DNA of 64,000 nucleotides from Candidatus Nomurabacteria bacterium (GTDB taxonomy: Bacteria > Patescibacteriota > Minisyncoccia > Phycocordibacterales > UBA918). The notes beneath the pieces are model-generated. The model did no database searches, was not told the origin of the DNA, and saw nothing but the letters and a program-made list of their open reading frames with translations. Below, piece after piece: positions 38,607 through 46,954 of this stretch. The stretch covers positions 42,133-106,132 of the forward strand of contig JACKGH010000001.1 of assembly GCA_020632075.1 (NCBI GenBank). The letters run 5' to 3'. How positions within the stretch are numbered: the stretch's first letter is position 1; each line of letters opens with the position of its first letter. A program made the translations under genes and the position numbers.

Positions 38607-39677
38607 ATGGATAAAGAAGTCGCATATAAGCCAAACACAACAGCCTGTGAGGATCTACCATATCCAATAGTATTATATCCCGGTTTCTACGGCTCCTTTT
38701 TCGCATTTAAGCAGAATAAAAAAGCAAAACCTCACTTTTGTTCATGTGCGTACGAAGCAATAGAAAACTACATTAGAATCAGACAGTCATCTGAGATTCC
38801 ATTGAACTCATACCCTGATCGTATGTACTTATTGGATTCCCACGATTTTCCAAAATCTGTTGTCCAGACTTTGATGCAATCCAACATACCTGACGATCAG
38901 GTGTTGGCGAATCTTAACTTTGCTGACAAGTTATGTCATGAGTGCAATTTGCAAACTCCTTCGTATCGCTATTGTGTAGAGATGTACGGAGGTGCATTCA
39001 AGCAAAATTATGGTTGGTACATAGGAAAACAAGCATACGAGTGGGGTTTTGATAGGAGTAAAAGTAAGTTGTTGATCGACAGTTTGTGTCCTGAAGATCT
39101 TCTTGAGTTGGTCAATGATGAATCCTTCCAGTATGGTAGAAAGAGACGAAGAGAAATTGCAGATAAAACGTTTGAGTTCGATAGAGATTTTGCAAACATT
39201 TCAGATGTAGATCGACAAGAATACAGTGCTTTGTTCCAAGAAGCTCGAAATATTGATAAAAGTCTCTCAAAACACTACAGAAAGATCAACAATGTTGTTG
39301 AGAACGAAGTGCGAAGGAAATTTGGTCATAAGAATGTTGGTGAAGCATGGACTAGTGAAACAATTCTCTACTACATAGTAAAAAAACTATATCCTGAACA
39401 TACAATCCACCGTCACTATCGTCCTGACTTTTTAGATGGTCTAGAATTAGATATTTACATTGAGGAGCTGAATATAGGTATTGAGTACCAAGGCATTCAG
39501 CACTACAAGCCAGTAAAACACTGGGGTGGTGAAGATGCGTTAAAAAAGTTGCAACAAAGAGATAAAAAGAAGAGGAATATTTGCAAAAAGATTGGAATTC
39601 CACTTATCTATTTTGAACATGATGAGGGATTGAGCGATAGTCTAGTTGTAGCGAAGTTAAGTGATTATGAAAGTTAG
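38607..39677 (+). CDS. Hypothetical protein with a C-terminal DUF559/Vsr-like PD-(D/E)XK endonuclease domain.
   Basis: The C-terminus HRHYRPDFLDGLELDIYIEELNIGIEYQGIQHY...RDKKKRNICKKIGIPLIYFEHDE aligns with the DUF559 core (YIVDF...LVIELDGGQHY...RD..L...G..VLRF.N.E). Confidence 0.5.
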   Translation: MDKEVAYKPNTTACEDLPYPIVLYPGFYGSFFAFKQNKKAKPHFCSCAYEAIENYIRIRQSSEIPLNSYPDRMYLLDSHDFPKSVVQTLMQSNIPDDQVLANLNFADKLCHECNLQTPSYRYCVEMYGGAFKQNYGWYIGKQAYEWGFDRSKSKLLIDSLCPEDLLELVNDESFQYGRKRRREIADKTFEFDRDFANISDVDRQEYSALFQEARNIDKSLSKHYRKINNVVENEVRRKFGHKNVGEAWTSETILYYIVKKLYPEHTIHRHYRPDFLDGLELDIYIEELNIGIEYQGIQHYKPVKHWGGEDALKKLQQRDKKKRNICKKIGIPLIYFEHDEGLSDSLVVAKLSDYES

Positions 39678-40239
39678 AATAAAGAAATTGATACAAAGAT
39701 TAAAAACTGACAAGAAACTGGCAGGTCTTTTTTTTCTATATGTTGCTACGGTGGTCGTTGTTTCTTATTTATTTATTCAGTGGCCTGAATATGCAAACAA
39801 GACTACCTACATTCTTTTCCTAATTTCTCTAATGCTGGTCACGTTGTTTACTTGGTCAATGGCAGCGTTGGCTATCTTCAGGTCTCTTCTAGTTGTTGGT
39901 GCAGGACTATCACTAGTGTTGTTCATTGCTCAATCGTACTGCGCCTTACCTCTTAACGAACAGGTTGCAGACGACTCTCTACAGAGCTTGATTGGAATAA
40001 GTGTTTTGTTTATAGGCGTGATGTTTTTTAATCGACTGTACCGCGAGCTGTTTGGTAATCCAGAATCGAAGCGTGAATTTGATAAGCTTGGTGCACTTAA
40101 AGTCTTTCGGGAAGCAAACAAAGGTAAGGATTCTGTTTTAATCCTTGTTCTTTACGCTTCCTTTATGGGTCTTATTCTAGGTCAGTTGTTCCAAGTTTTG
40201 TTCCCGATTTTTATTAACCTTTGTGTTTATCAACCATGA
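39667..40239 (+). CDS. Multi-pass membrane protein (about 5 TM).
   Basis: Overlaps the upstream stop; has five hydrophobic helices. Confidence 0.5.
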   Translation: MKVRIKKLIQRLKTDKKLAGLFFLYVATVVVVSYLFIQWPEYANKTTYILFLISLMLVTLFTWSMAALAIFRSLLVVGAGLSLVLFIAQSYCALPLNEQVADDSLQSLIGISVLFIGVMFFNRLYRELFGNPESKREFDKLGALKVFREANKGKDSVLILVLYASFMGLILGQLFQVLFPIFINLCVYQP

Positions 40240-40883
40240 CTGAATTATTAAAAATAGTACACAAATGTGTAGACAAGATTAAAGACGATTTTCTTTTGTT
40301 TTCAGTTGCAACTTTAGTATTAATGGTTGCTTTTCCAGAAGCAAAGATGACAACCTTCATTGTCTATGGCACTGCGGTGCTTATTTATGTTGTCGTAACT
40401 CTGATTAAAAGTAGAAAGCAGGAAACGAACAATCGTTTTTTACAGAATGTAGATGATTTCTTAAACGATCCAGCTTCTTGGGAACGTCGCACTATTGATC
40501 ATTCAGATGTCTATTTCTATTCTAGAGATAACAATTACAAAATTGTAACTGGTGACGAGTCAATACGTGAGTGGGAACCAAACATTGAACCTTGGATGCA
40601 AAATTTTCCAGACCCTCATGTTTCTGAGTACAACGTGTATTTAAAGCATGGAGAGAACACAATTGCAGAGTATAAATTTGTATATTGTGATGGTGCAAGA
40701 TATTTTATGCCCTTACCTAAAAAGCGTTGTGCTGAACCAGGAGATGATTTCAGATGCAATAGGTTCGAGTATATTTGGAATCGCAATTCAATCGAATATA
40801 AAATTGGTACTGTAATAGGTGATTTTTATAGGTATGAAAATCTGGAAGAGGTAGCTAGATTCTGCGGTATCGTGATTGAGTAA
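40236..40883 (+). CDS. Membrane-anchored hypothetical protein (2 TM plus a soluble domain).
   Basis: ATGA start/stop overlap with the upstream gene. TMs are FLLFSVATLVLMVAF and FIVYGTAVLIYVVVTLI. Confidence 0.5.
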   Translation: MTELLKIVHKCVDKIKDDFLLFSVATLVLMVAFPEAKMTTFIVYGTAVLIYVVVTLIKSRKQETNNRFLQNVDDFLNDPASWERRTIDHSDVYFYSRDNNYKIVTGDESIREWEPNIEPWMQNFPDPHVSEYNVYLKHGENTIAEYKFVYCDGARYFMPLPKKRCAEPGDDFRCNRFEYIWNRNSIEYKIGTVIGDFYRYENLEEVARFCGIVIE

Positions 40884-40897
40884 TCTATGGATTTTGT

Positions 40898-41845
40898 ATG
40901 TATAAAAACTTATATGACAAACATAAAATTAGAGGTGCCTTTATTACAGAAGACAATAAGAAGTTAATAGTAAACTTCGAGTTTTCAAACAAGGTAGTAT
41001 CCTTTAACAAAGGTCAGCTAATCGAAACGACTGAGACCTTAGAGAGGGCGGAAGTGAAAACTGTACTAGAGAAAGATAAGTATTTTGTATGTGTTGTTTC
41101 GACACCTGAAGCTGACCTCGATTTTCTTTATAAGATTTCCCTCGCGATTGCTTATGTAGTTGGTCAGAATTTTGAACTTCAATACTACTTCAAAGAATTT
41201 CCATACTATCCAACAAGTCACCACTGGAACATTGATAGCTGCAATCCAATATCGCGAAGACTTTTTGAAGACCTTTTACGTTCACCAAGTAACACTATCA
41301 GATTTTTACTTTCATTATTGCGCGATGACGCAACTGCTTTTTCACAACTTGTACCAACAATGTTGGTAGTAAACGCATACAATCACTCAGAAGTAAGCTT
41401 TATTACAGAGTTTGGTCTATTACAAAAGCTTTCCAAGAGGCACGATGCCGACAGTAAGTTGTTCACAGCCGAAAATGATCTAGATAAGCTATCACAGTTT
41501 TCTAATACAATACTTGAAACACTCCAGTTAGATTATACTGATATCAATATACCTGCACTAGAAAAGAAGTTATCGACAGAAAGCTTAAATAGTAAAACCG
41601 CTACAAACGAAAAGATTGTTTCGTATTTAAACAGTTTTGATAAAGAAAGAATAAAGTCGTGTGCTGAATATGTCCCACAATGGAATAAGTTGAGAAGTTC
41701 TGCACTTGTGACTCACGGAGGCAGACCGATCAATGTCAAAGATGCAGATAAACGTGGAAAAATGCACAAACTTCACGAACTATTATTGGACATAGTTAGT
41801 CTAGAGGTAAATGCAAAATATGGAGATGCTGGCATTCTAGACTGA
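40898..41845 (+). CDS. Hypothetical soluble protein (315 aa).
   Basis: In-operon ORF; no motif recognised. Confidence 0.45.
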   Translation: MYKNLYDKHKIRGAFITEDNKKLIVNFEFSNKVVSFNKGQLIETTETLERAEVKTVLEKDKYFVCVVSTPEADLDFLYKISLAIAYVVGQNFELQYYFKEFPYYPTSHHWNIDSCNPISRRLFEDLLRSPSNTIRFLLSLLRDDATAFSQLVPTMLVVNAYNHSEVSFITEFGLLQKLSKRHDADSKLFTAENDLDKLSQFSNTILETLQLDYTDINIPALEKKLSTESLNSKTATNEKIVSYLNSFDKERIKSCAEYVPQWNKLRSSALVTHGGRPINVKDADKRGKMHKLHELLLDIVSLEVNAKYGDAGILD

Positions 41846-41865
41846 TGAGCATACAATGAGGACTA

Positions 41866-43194
41866 ATGGAGTATCTCAAACCAAAACACTACTACACTGA
41901 CCTCTACGATAAACATACAGTCGAACGCTGTCGTCGTATTGAAAGTACGAATAGCATGCCTGATGCAGATCGCCCGAAGAAAGTCAGTAAGAAAGAAGCT
42001 GAAGCAATCAACGACTGGGCACACAACCTCATCCTTACCTTTGAGAAAGGGTCTCGCTGGTCCAATAAAGAAAAGACCATTAATGATTGGATGGAGAGAG
42101 ATAGAAGACGAGACGAGCTATTAGAATCAGCCAAAGCGCCAGAAGATATCCGCTGCCTCACGTGTCGTAATCGTATGGAACCTAATCACCGACAGCTTTG
42201 GCACGGTGATGAAGATAAGCCAGATCGTGTCCTCTTTATGTATGACTGCCCGAACCAGTGTCTTCCACGGCGGGCATTTTTTGATGATGGTAAGGAATGG
42301 CGCAGTACCCCACACCTCTGTGCTCGTTGTGGCAATCCAACCAATCACACGGTCTCTGATGACAAAGAGAAAATGGTCACAACGTACACTTGTCCAACTT
42401 GTCATCATGTTGAAGTTGATGAGTACGTCTGGAATAAGCCAGAAGATGAATACGATGAACACTTCGCGACGGATCGTGATCGATTCTGTGTTTCAGATGA
42501 AGAAGGGAGAAATATAGAAGACATGAAATGGCAAATGGAGCGCATGGGTGACTTTGCTAAGGAGTGGGAAGAGAAAGAAAAAGCTCGTGCCAAGAAACTA
42601 GAGGAGAACCCAAAAGGATTTCACCTTGAGGGTGCTGGCTATACTTGTTCGATTTGTCGCAATAGTACCCCTGCAGGAGACAACTGGTACGATAAATGGG
42701 GTATCAAATGTCTAGTGTGTCAGTGGTCCATTGATCATAAAGAAATACCAGCCTCACTCGCCAAGAATGAGGATAGCTGGTATCGAAAGTATGACTTTGA
42801 ACACTATTTTAATGTGAAGGGTCAGACGCTCAATAAATGGGTTAGAGAAGGTCTGGTAAAAGCTCGAACGGTGAGTCGTTACGGTGAAGGTGTGCATACG
42901 CAAGTATTCCTTGTCAAAGATAACAAGGATTTCCTGCCTCCTAAGAAGTTACTTGAATCAAAGCGGGGTCGAGTTGTAGAGAATGGCAAAGAGGAGGTGC
43001 GAATACTGCCTTGGTACTGCTTTGGTGATCCGCACGAAATATTGAAAGGATACAAGATCATGGATTATTTACGAGTACTGTCTCCAGAAGAGGTAGAACA
43101 ACGAGAGAAAGAACGTCAGGAGAAAGCGGAGAAACGCAGACTGCATCGTGAGAAAGTAAAAGCTGCTAGAGAGAAGCGCAAGAAGCGTAAATGA
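41866..43194 (+). CDS. Multi-zinc-ribbon protein with a Lys/Arg-rich C-terminal tail.
   Basis: Three CxxC...CxxC pairs (CLTCRN...CPNQC; CARCGN...CPTCHH; CSICRN...CLVCQW), a GGA-rich RBS, and a tail EKRRLHREKVKAAREKRKKRK. Confidence 0.55.
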   Translation: MEYLKPKHYYTDLYDKHTVERCRRIESTNSMPDADRPKKVSKKEAEAINDWAHNLILTFEKGSRWSNKEKTINDWMERDRRRDELLESAKAPEDIRCLTCRNRMEPNHRQLWHGDEDKPDRVLFMYDCPNQCLPRRAFFDDGKEWRSTPHLCARCGNPTNHTVSDDKEKMVTTYTCPTCHHVEVDEYVWNKPEDEYDEHFATDRDRFCVSDEEGRNIEDMKWQMERMGDFAKEWEEKEKARAKKLEENPKGFHLEGAGYTCSICRNSTPAGDNWYDKWGIKCLVCQWSIDHKEIPASLAKNEDSWYRKYDFEHYFNVKGQTLNKWVREGLVKARTVSRYGEGVHTQVFLVKDNKDFLPPKKLLESKRGRVVENGKEEVRILPWYCFGDPHEILKGYKIMDYLRVLSPEEVEQREKERQEKAEKRRLHREKVKAAREKRKKRK

Positions 43195-43428
43195 GACAGT
43201 GACCGAGATGGGTGATTTATGTCTCATTTGTCTCACTTGCAAAAACAGCAGCATGACCGAAGTGCCTCTGCTAAAGAGTAGAAGGAGGTGTAATATGTCC
43301 TTAGGTTGCTTGACCTCAGAGGTTCAGAACCGTAGTGGGCAGCCTTGACTTTTAAATATTTAATGCTATTATTTTAATAGTAGATTTTTCTAATGTAAAT
43401 CCACAAAGCAATTTCCAAGGAGGTAATT

Positions 43429-44043
43429 GTGAGTGCAGAAAGTTGGACATACGTGTCAGCGCTGGTGGTCGCCATCAGTGGAGCGTACTACGCGATCCGT
43501 GCTTGGCAGGGGCATGTCGACCCCAATCCTGTAAGTTGGGGTGTCTGGGCCTTTGTAGGTGTTGCTCTGTTTCTGACTGCAGACTCATCAGAAGCTGGAG
43601 CTGTTTACTGGAGTGCACTTATTGGCGCGATCAATCCTACGGTTATAGCCGCCGTCATCTTTTTCCGGTCTAAAAACAGAACATACAGCCTACAAGCACA
43701 TGAAAAGTGGTGTTTGATCCTGGCTGCAATGGGATATGCGTTTTGGTTTTGGGTTCGAAACGAGCCGGCTGCAGCGTCGTGGTCCCTGTACTGGATGATC
43801 TTCGTAGATCTCTTTGCTGTCTGGCCAACATTGGTGCAAGTCCTCAAAGATCCTTTGTCGGACAAACCGTTTCCATGGATCGTATTCGGTATTGGATATG
43901 GGCTCTCAGGCTTTGCTATCGAAACACATACAGTAGCAAACTGGGCTCTGACCGTCTACATGCTTGCTGGAGGACTCACGATTTCACTGCCGATGATTAT
44001 CGGCCGCGTGCGTCGTGGCGTACCTATCGTCGAGTGGGCATAA
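43429..44043 (+). CDS. Hypothetical six-TM membrane protein (GTG start).
   Basis: GGAGG lies 6 nt upstream of the GTG. Six hydrophobic helices; a terminator follows at 44044-44083. Confidence 0.5.
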   Translation: MSAESWTYVSALVVAISGAYYAIRAWQGHVDPNPVSWGVWAFVGVALFLTADSSEAGAVYWSALIGAINPTVIAAVIFFRSKNRTYSLQAHEKWCLILAAMGYAFWFWVRNEPAAASWSLYWMIFVDLFAVWPTLVQVLKDPLSDKPFPWIVFGIGYGLSGFAIETHTVANWALTVYMLAGGLTISLPMIIGRVRRGVPIVEWA

Positions 44044-44102
44044 GCCGCCTCACCAAGAAAACCGGTGGAGGCGGTTTTCTTTTGTCTAAATCACAAAGAA
44101 AG

Positions 44103-44162
44103 TTCCAACTTCGTCCCATACGGCCAGCGAGATTGACAAATAGTACTTAATGTGCTACTTTA
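44103..44162 (+). promoter_or_regulatory. Promoter module copy 1: conserved upstream box, TTGACA, a 17-nt spacer, and an extended -10 TGcTACTTT.
   Basis: cttcgtcccatacggccagcgagaTTGACAaatagtacttaatgTGcTACTTT. Near-identical to copy 2. Confidence 0.6.
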
Positions 44163-44191
44163 CATACTAGTTTGCAACTCTGGAGAAAATC

Positions 44192-44482
44192 ATGCCCACC
44201 GCAATGAGTGAAGCGCTGACGAAAGCTGGTCTTATTACACAGGAGCAATCTGATAGTGTGAGGTCTACTCCTGCACACATGGAACACTGTTTTGACTTGA
44301 TTCCTGAGAGTGACAGGCTTGTAGCTTTGCTAGAAGAGCATAAGGTGCCCTGGAATATCCATACTCTCGGCGTGATTGCTGCCTGCAGTGCGATGCGTGA
44401 AAGGGGTGAGTACAGACAGGCTCTTCAGCACATGATCAGTCACATGAAATCGATGGCAGTCGAGCACGGGATTCCCGTGTAA
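44192..44482 (+). CDS. Small hypothetical protein (96 aa).
   Basis: GGAG RBS, bracketed by promoter copy 1 and a terminator hairpin at 44484-44530. Confidence 0.45.
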   Translation: MPTAMSEALTKAGLITQEQSDSVRSTPAHMEHCFDLIPESDRLVALLEEHKVPWNIHTLGVIAACSAMRERGEYRQALQHMISHMKSMAVEHGIPV

Positions 44483-44542
44483 ACGCCCTACGTAGAAATT
44501 GCTCTACGGAGGGCGATTTCTATTTTAAATACTCAAAAAAAG

Positions 44543-44602
44543 TTCGAACATCGTCCCAAACTGCCAGCGAGATTGACAAATAGCATTTAATGTGCTATTT
44601 TG
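44543..44602 (+). promoter_or_regulatory. Promoter module copy 2.
   Basis: catcgtcccaaactgccagcgagaTTGACAaatagcatttaatgTGcTATTTT. Confidence 0.6.
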
Positions 44603-44638
44603 TTTTGGGTTTTTCTCAACAACCGCAAGAGGTATGAA

Positions 44639-45067
44639 ATGTTCAACAAACACAAAGGCTTTACACTGATCGAACTGATGATCGTCGTGGCTATTCTCGG
44701 CATACTGGTCGCAATTCTGGCTGGTGTCGGAGGTGCCGGCCTCTACGGCTGGGCTTTCTCAGAGGAGAAAAGTGGTCAACTACAGAGTGTCGAGTCGGCT
44801 ATTCCTGAAGGTGGCCTGATTGCGGCAACGGGAAGCGCTGTTTTTTCTGCTGCAGTTTCGATGAAGCTGGAAGACCAGTCGTATCTGACTTTCTCGACAG
44901 ATGATCGTCAGTGGGCAGTCTATCGGGGCGACAAGGCACGTGGTAAATGTGCAACCGTGAAGGTGTATCCATACGCACCATGGAATATTTCCAAGGGCGG
45001 CACGTTCCACAATGGCCGACTGCTCAAGGTCTGGGACTGTCCAGCGGTTATGATGAACGAAGGTTGA
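44639..45067 (+). CDS. Type IV pilin-like protein (prepilin with a class III signal).
   Basis: AAGAGGT RBS 7 nt upstream; MFNKHKG|FTLIELMIVVAILGILVAI prepilin peptidase motif; a terminator at 45088-45120. Confidence 0.7.
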   Translation: MFNKHKGFTLIELMIVVAILGILVAILAGVGGAGLYGWAFSEEKSGQLQSVESAIPEGGLIAATGSAVFSAAVSMKLEDQSYLTFSTDDRQWAVYRGDKARGKCATVKVYPYAPWNISKGGTFHNGRLLKVWDCPAVMMNEG

Positions 45068-45138
45068 TTCTGTCCGTTTGTGTACCTATAAATCCCGCGC
45101 AATGTGTGCGGGATTTCTTATTTACAAAAGGTTCTAAC

Positions 45139-45198
45139 TTCGTCCCAAGCGGCCAGCGTATTCAATATTGACAAAAATTCAAAAAAGTGTATAGTATT
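45139..45198 (+). promoter_or_regulatory. Promoter module copy 3: the same upstream box displaced by about 10 bp, then TTGACA-N16-TATAGT.
   Basis: cttcgtcccaagcggccagcgtattcaataTTGACAaaaattcaaaaaagtgTATAGT. Confidence 0.55.
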
Positions 45199-45282
45199 TA
45201 CATCAAATCGAAATTGTTGTAAGCAGAAGTGTTTATCACAGTCTCATAGGTTTGAGATTTATTCACTTTTTGTTCAAAACAA

Positions 45283-45483
45283 ATGGAAACAGGAACTATT
45301 GCAAGCCTACGAAATGGCTTCGGCTTTATCAAGCGAGAAGGACAGGAGAAAGATCTCTTTTTCCACGTAAGCGGACTCGTAGGAGTTGAGTTTGACAGTC
45401 TTCGCGAAGGAGATAAAGTCCAGTTCGAAGTAGGCGAAGGATCAAAGGGTCCTAACGCTGTGAACGTAAGCTTGGTTGACTAA
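45283..45483 (+). CDS. cspA: Cold-shock protein (CspA family) with an approximately 85-nt 5'UTR.
   Basis: METGTIASLRNGFGFIKREGQEKDLFFHVSGL carries the RNP1 (GFGFI) and RNP2 (FFHV) motifs. A terminator follows at 45503-45535. Confidence 0.85.
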   Translation: METGTIASLRNGFGFIKREGQEKDLFFHVSGLVGVEFDSLREGDKVQFEVGEGSKGPNAVNVSLVD

Positions 45484-45569
45484 GTTAACTAGCACTATAC
45501 AAAAAGCACCCAACCGGGTGCTTTTTGTTTTTTATTGCCACATCCTCTCCCTCAGCGTATGCTACCAGC

Positions 45570-46835
45570 ATGAAAAATGACGGAGAGCAGACCAGTGTAG
45601 TGTGGGACGTGATCGTGATCGGTGGTGGGTCAGCGGGGATGATGGCCGCCGCGATAGCGGCGGCCAAAGGAGCAACAGTCTTGCTCCTAGAGAAAAACGA
45701 CGTCCTCGGCAAAAAGCTCTCGATCACCGGGGGCGGGCGCTGTAATATCACCAACAACAAGCCAAATGTCCGCGATATGCTTGCATCGTACAAAGACGAA
45801 GGAAAGTTTCTCTTTTCGACCTTTACGCAGCATGGTGTGGCGGAGTCACTCGAATGGTTCCTTGAGCGTGGCGTGGCGGTAAAAGAAGAAAACGAAGGAC
45901 GACTCTTCCCGGTGACAGACTCTGCGGAGACTGTCCTCGATGCACTCGTAGCAGAACTCAAGCGGCAAAAAGTCGAGGTGCGGTCCAGGCAGCCAGTGAC
46001 TGATGTGTCGTACTCTCAGGAACAGAAACTGTTCACCATTCATACTGTCACCGAAGCTTTCACCACCAAGGCTTGCGTGGTTGCAACCGGCGGCTACGCC
46101 CGGCCAGACACTGGCTCGACTGGCGATGGCTTTCGGTGGCTTGAGAAACTTGGTCATGCTATCGAGTCGGTCAGCGACGCACTCGTACCAGTGAAGCTGC
46201 AATCTGCCTGGGTGAAAGAACTAAGCGGCATTACGCTTCCAGAAGTAAAGGTCAGTGTATGGACTGGTGGCAAGAAGCAGTTGGTGAAGACTGGTCGTGT
46301 ACTCTTTACGCACTTTGGAGTAACTGGCCCGTTGATCTTGAATATGAGTAAATTGATCGCAGATCATCTAGCGCACGATCCAGTAGAAATCCGTTTTGAT
46401 CTGTTTCCGCAGTACGACGCTGGCGAATTTAAAACGTACCTACACGAGGTCTTGCAGTCGAATAAAAAACTCCAGAACGCACTCAGTGAGCTTTTGCCAC
46501 TACAGCTCGTAAAGGGAATACTAGCCGAGCTATCGATCGACGGTGAGACACCGTGTCATAGCGTACGGAAAGAAGATCGGACACAGCTGCTGCAGTACCT
46601 CCAGGCGGTTCCACTACCAGTCGAGGGTTTGCTTGGGGTAGAGAAGGCAATCGTATCTTCCGGCGGTGTGGCGCTGACTGAAGTGGATTTTAAAACCATG
46701 TCATCAAAGCTCGTTTCACGGCTCTACATTGTGGGTGATATGCTCAATATCAACCGCCCGTCGGGCGGGTACAGCTTGCAGCTCTGTTGGAGCACTGGGT
46801 ACGTAGCTGGGCTCCATGCTGCAGGCATTGAGTAG
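45570..46835 (+). CDS. HI0933-like FAD-dependent oxidoreductase (aminoacetone oxidase family flavoprotein).
   Basis: DVIVIGGGSAGMMAAAIAAAKGATVLLLEK dinucleotide-binding motif and GGGRCNITN. Confidence 0.7.
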   Translation: MKNDGEQTSVVWDVIVIGGGSAGMMAAAIAAAKGATVLLLEKNDVLGKKLSITGGGRCNITNNKPNVRDMLASYKDEGKFLFSTFTQHGVAESLEWFLERGVAVKEENEGRLFPVTDSAETVLDALVAELKRQKVEVRSRQPVTDVSYSQEQKLFTIHTVTEAFTTKACVVATGGYARPDTGSTGDGFRWLEKLGHAIESVSDALVPVKLQSAWVKELSGITLPEVKVSVWTGGKKQLVKTGRVLFTHFGVTGPLILNMSKLIADHLAHDPVEIRFDLFPQYDAGEFKTYLHEVLQSNKKLQNALSELLPLQLVKGILAELSIDGETPCHSVRKEDRTQLLQYLQAVPLPVEGLLGVEKAIVSSGGVALTEVDFKTMSSKLVSRLYIVGDMLNINRPSGGYSLQLCWSTGYVAGLHAAGIE

Positions 46836-46954
46836 AAGAGTGTGGTGCCAGTGAAAAATTACAGAGACGCTTGAAATTGACAAAGTAACAAAAATATGTT
46901 ATTTTGTAAAAAGCTAAAACTGTAAGTAACTCACATAGATCTGGGGAGGTCGTC

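Larger units (their letters stand above)
24400..43300. mobile_element. AT-richer phage-derived, satellite-like genomic island with recombinase, terminase, methyltransferase and XRE genes and a novel cargo operon. Boundaries are approximate.
   Basis: Compositional shift is visible by eye (A/T-rich codons). A large serine recombinase, TerL and TerS, and two phage-type MTases are present, but no capsid, portal or tail genes. Confidence 0.55.

Noticed and set aside
24300-43430. Direct-repeat attL/attR sites flanking the island
   Set aside because: No convincing direct repeats were found by eye. They are also not expected, because the integrase is a serine recombinase, whose att sites share only about 2 bp.
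45104-45370. 88-aa plus-strand ORF overlapping the csp start
   Set aside because: Its frame conflicts with the clear CspA-family ORF (45283..45483), and it spans the promoter and UTR.
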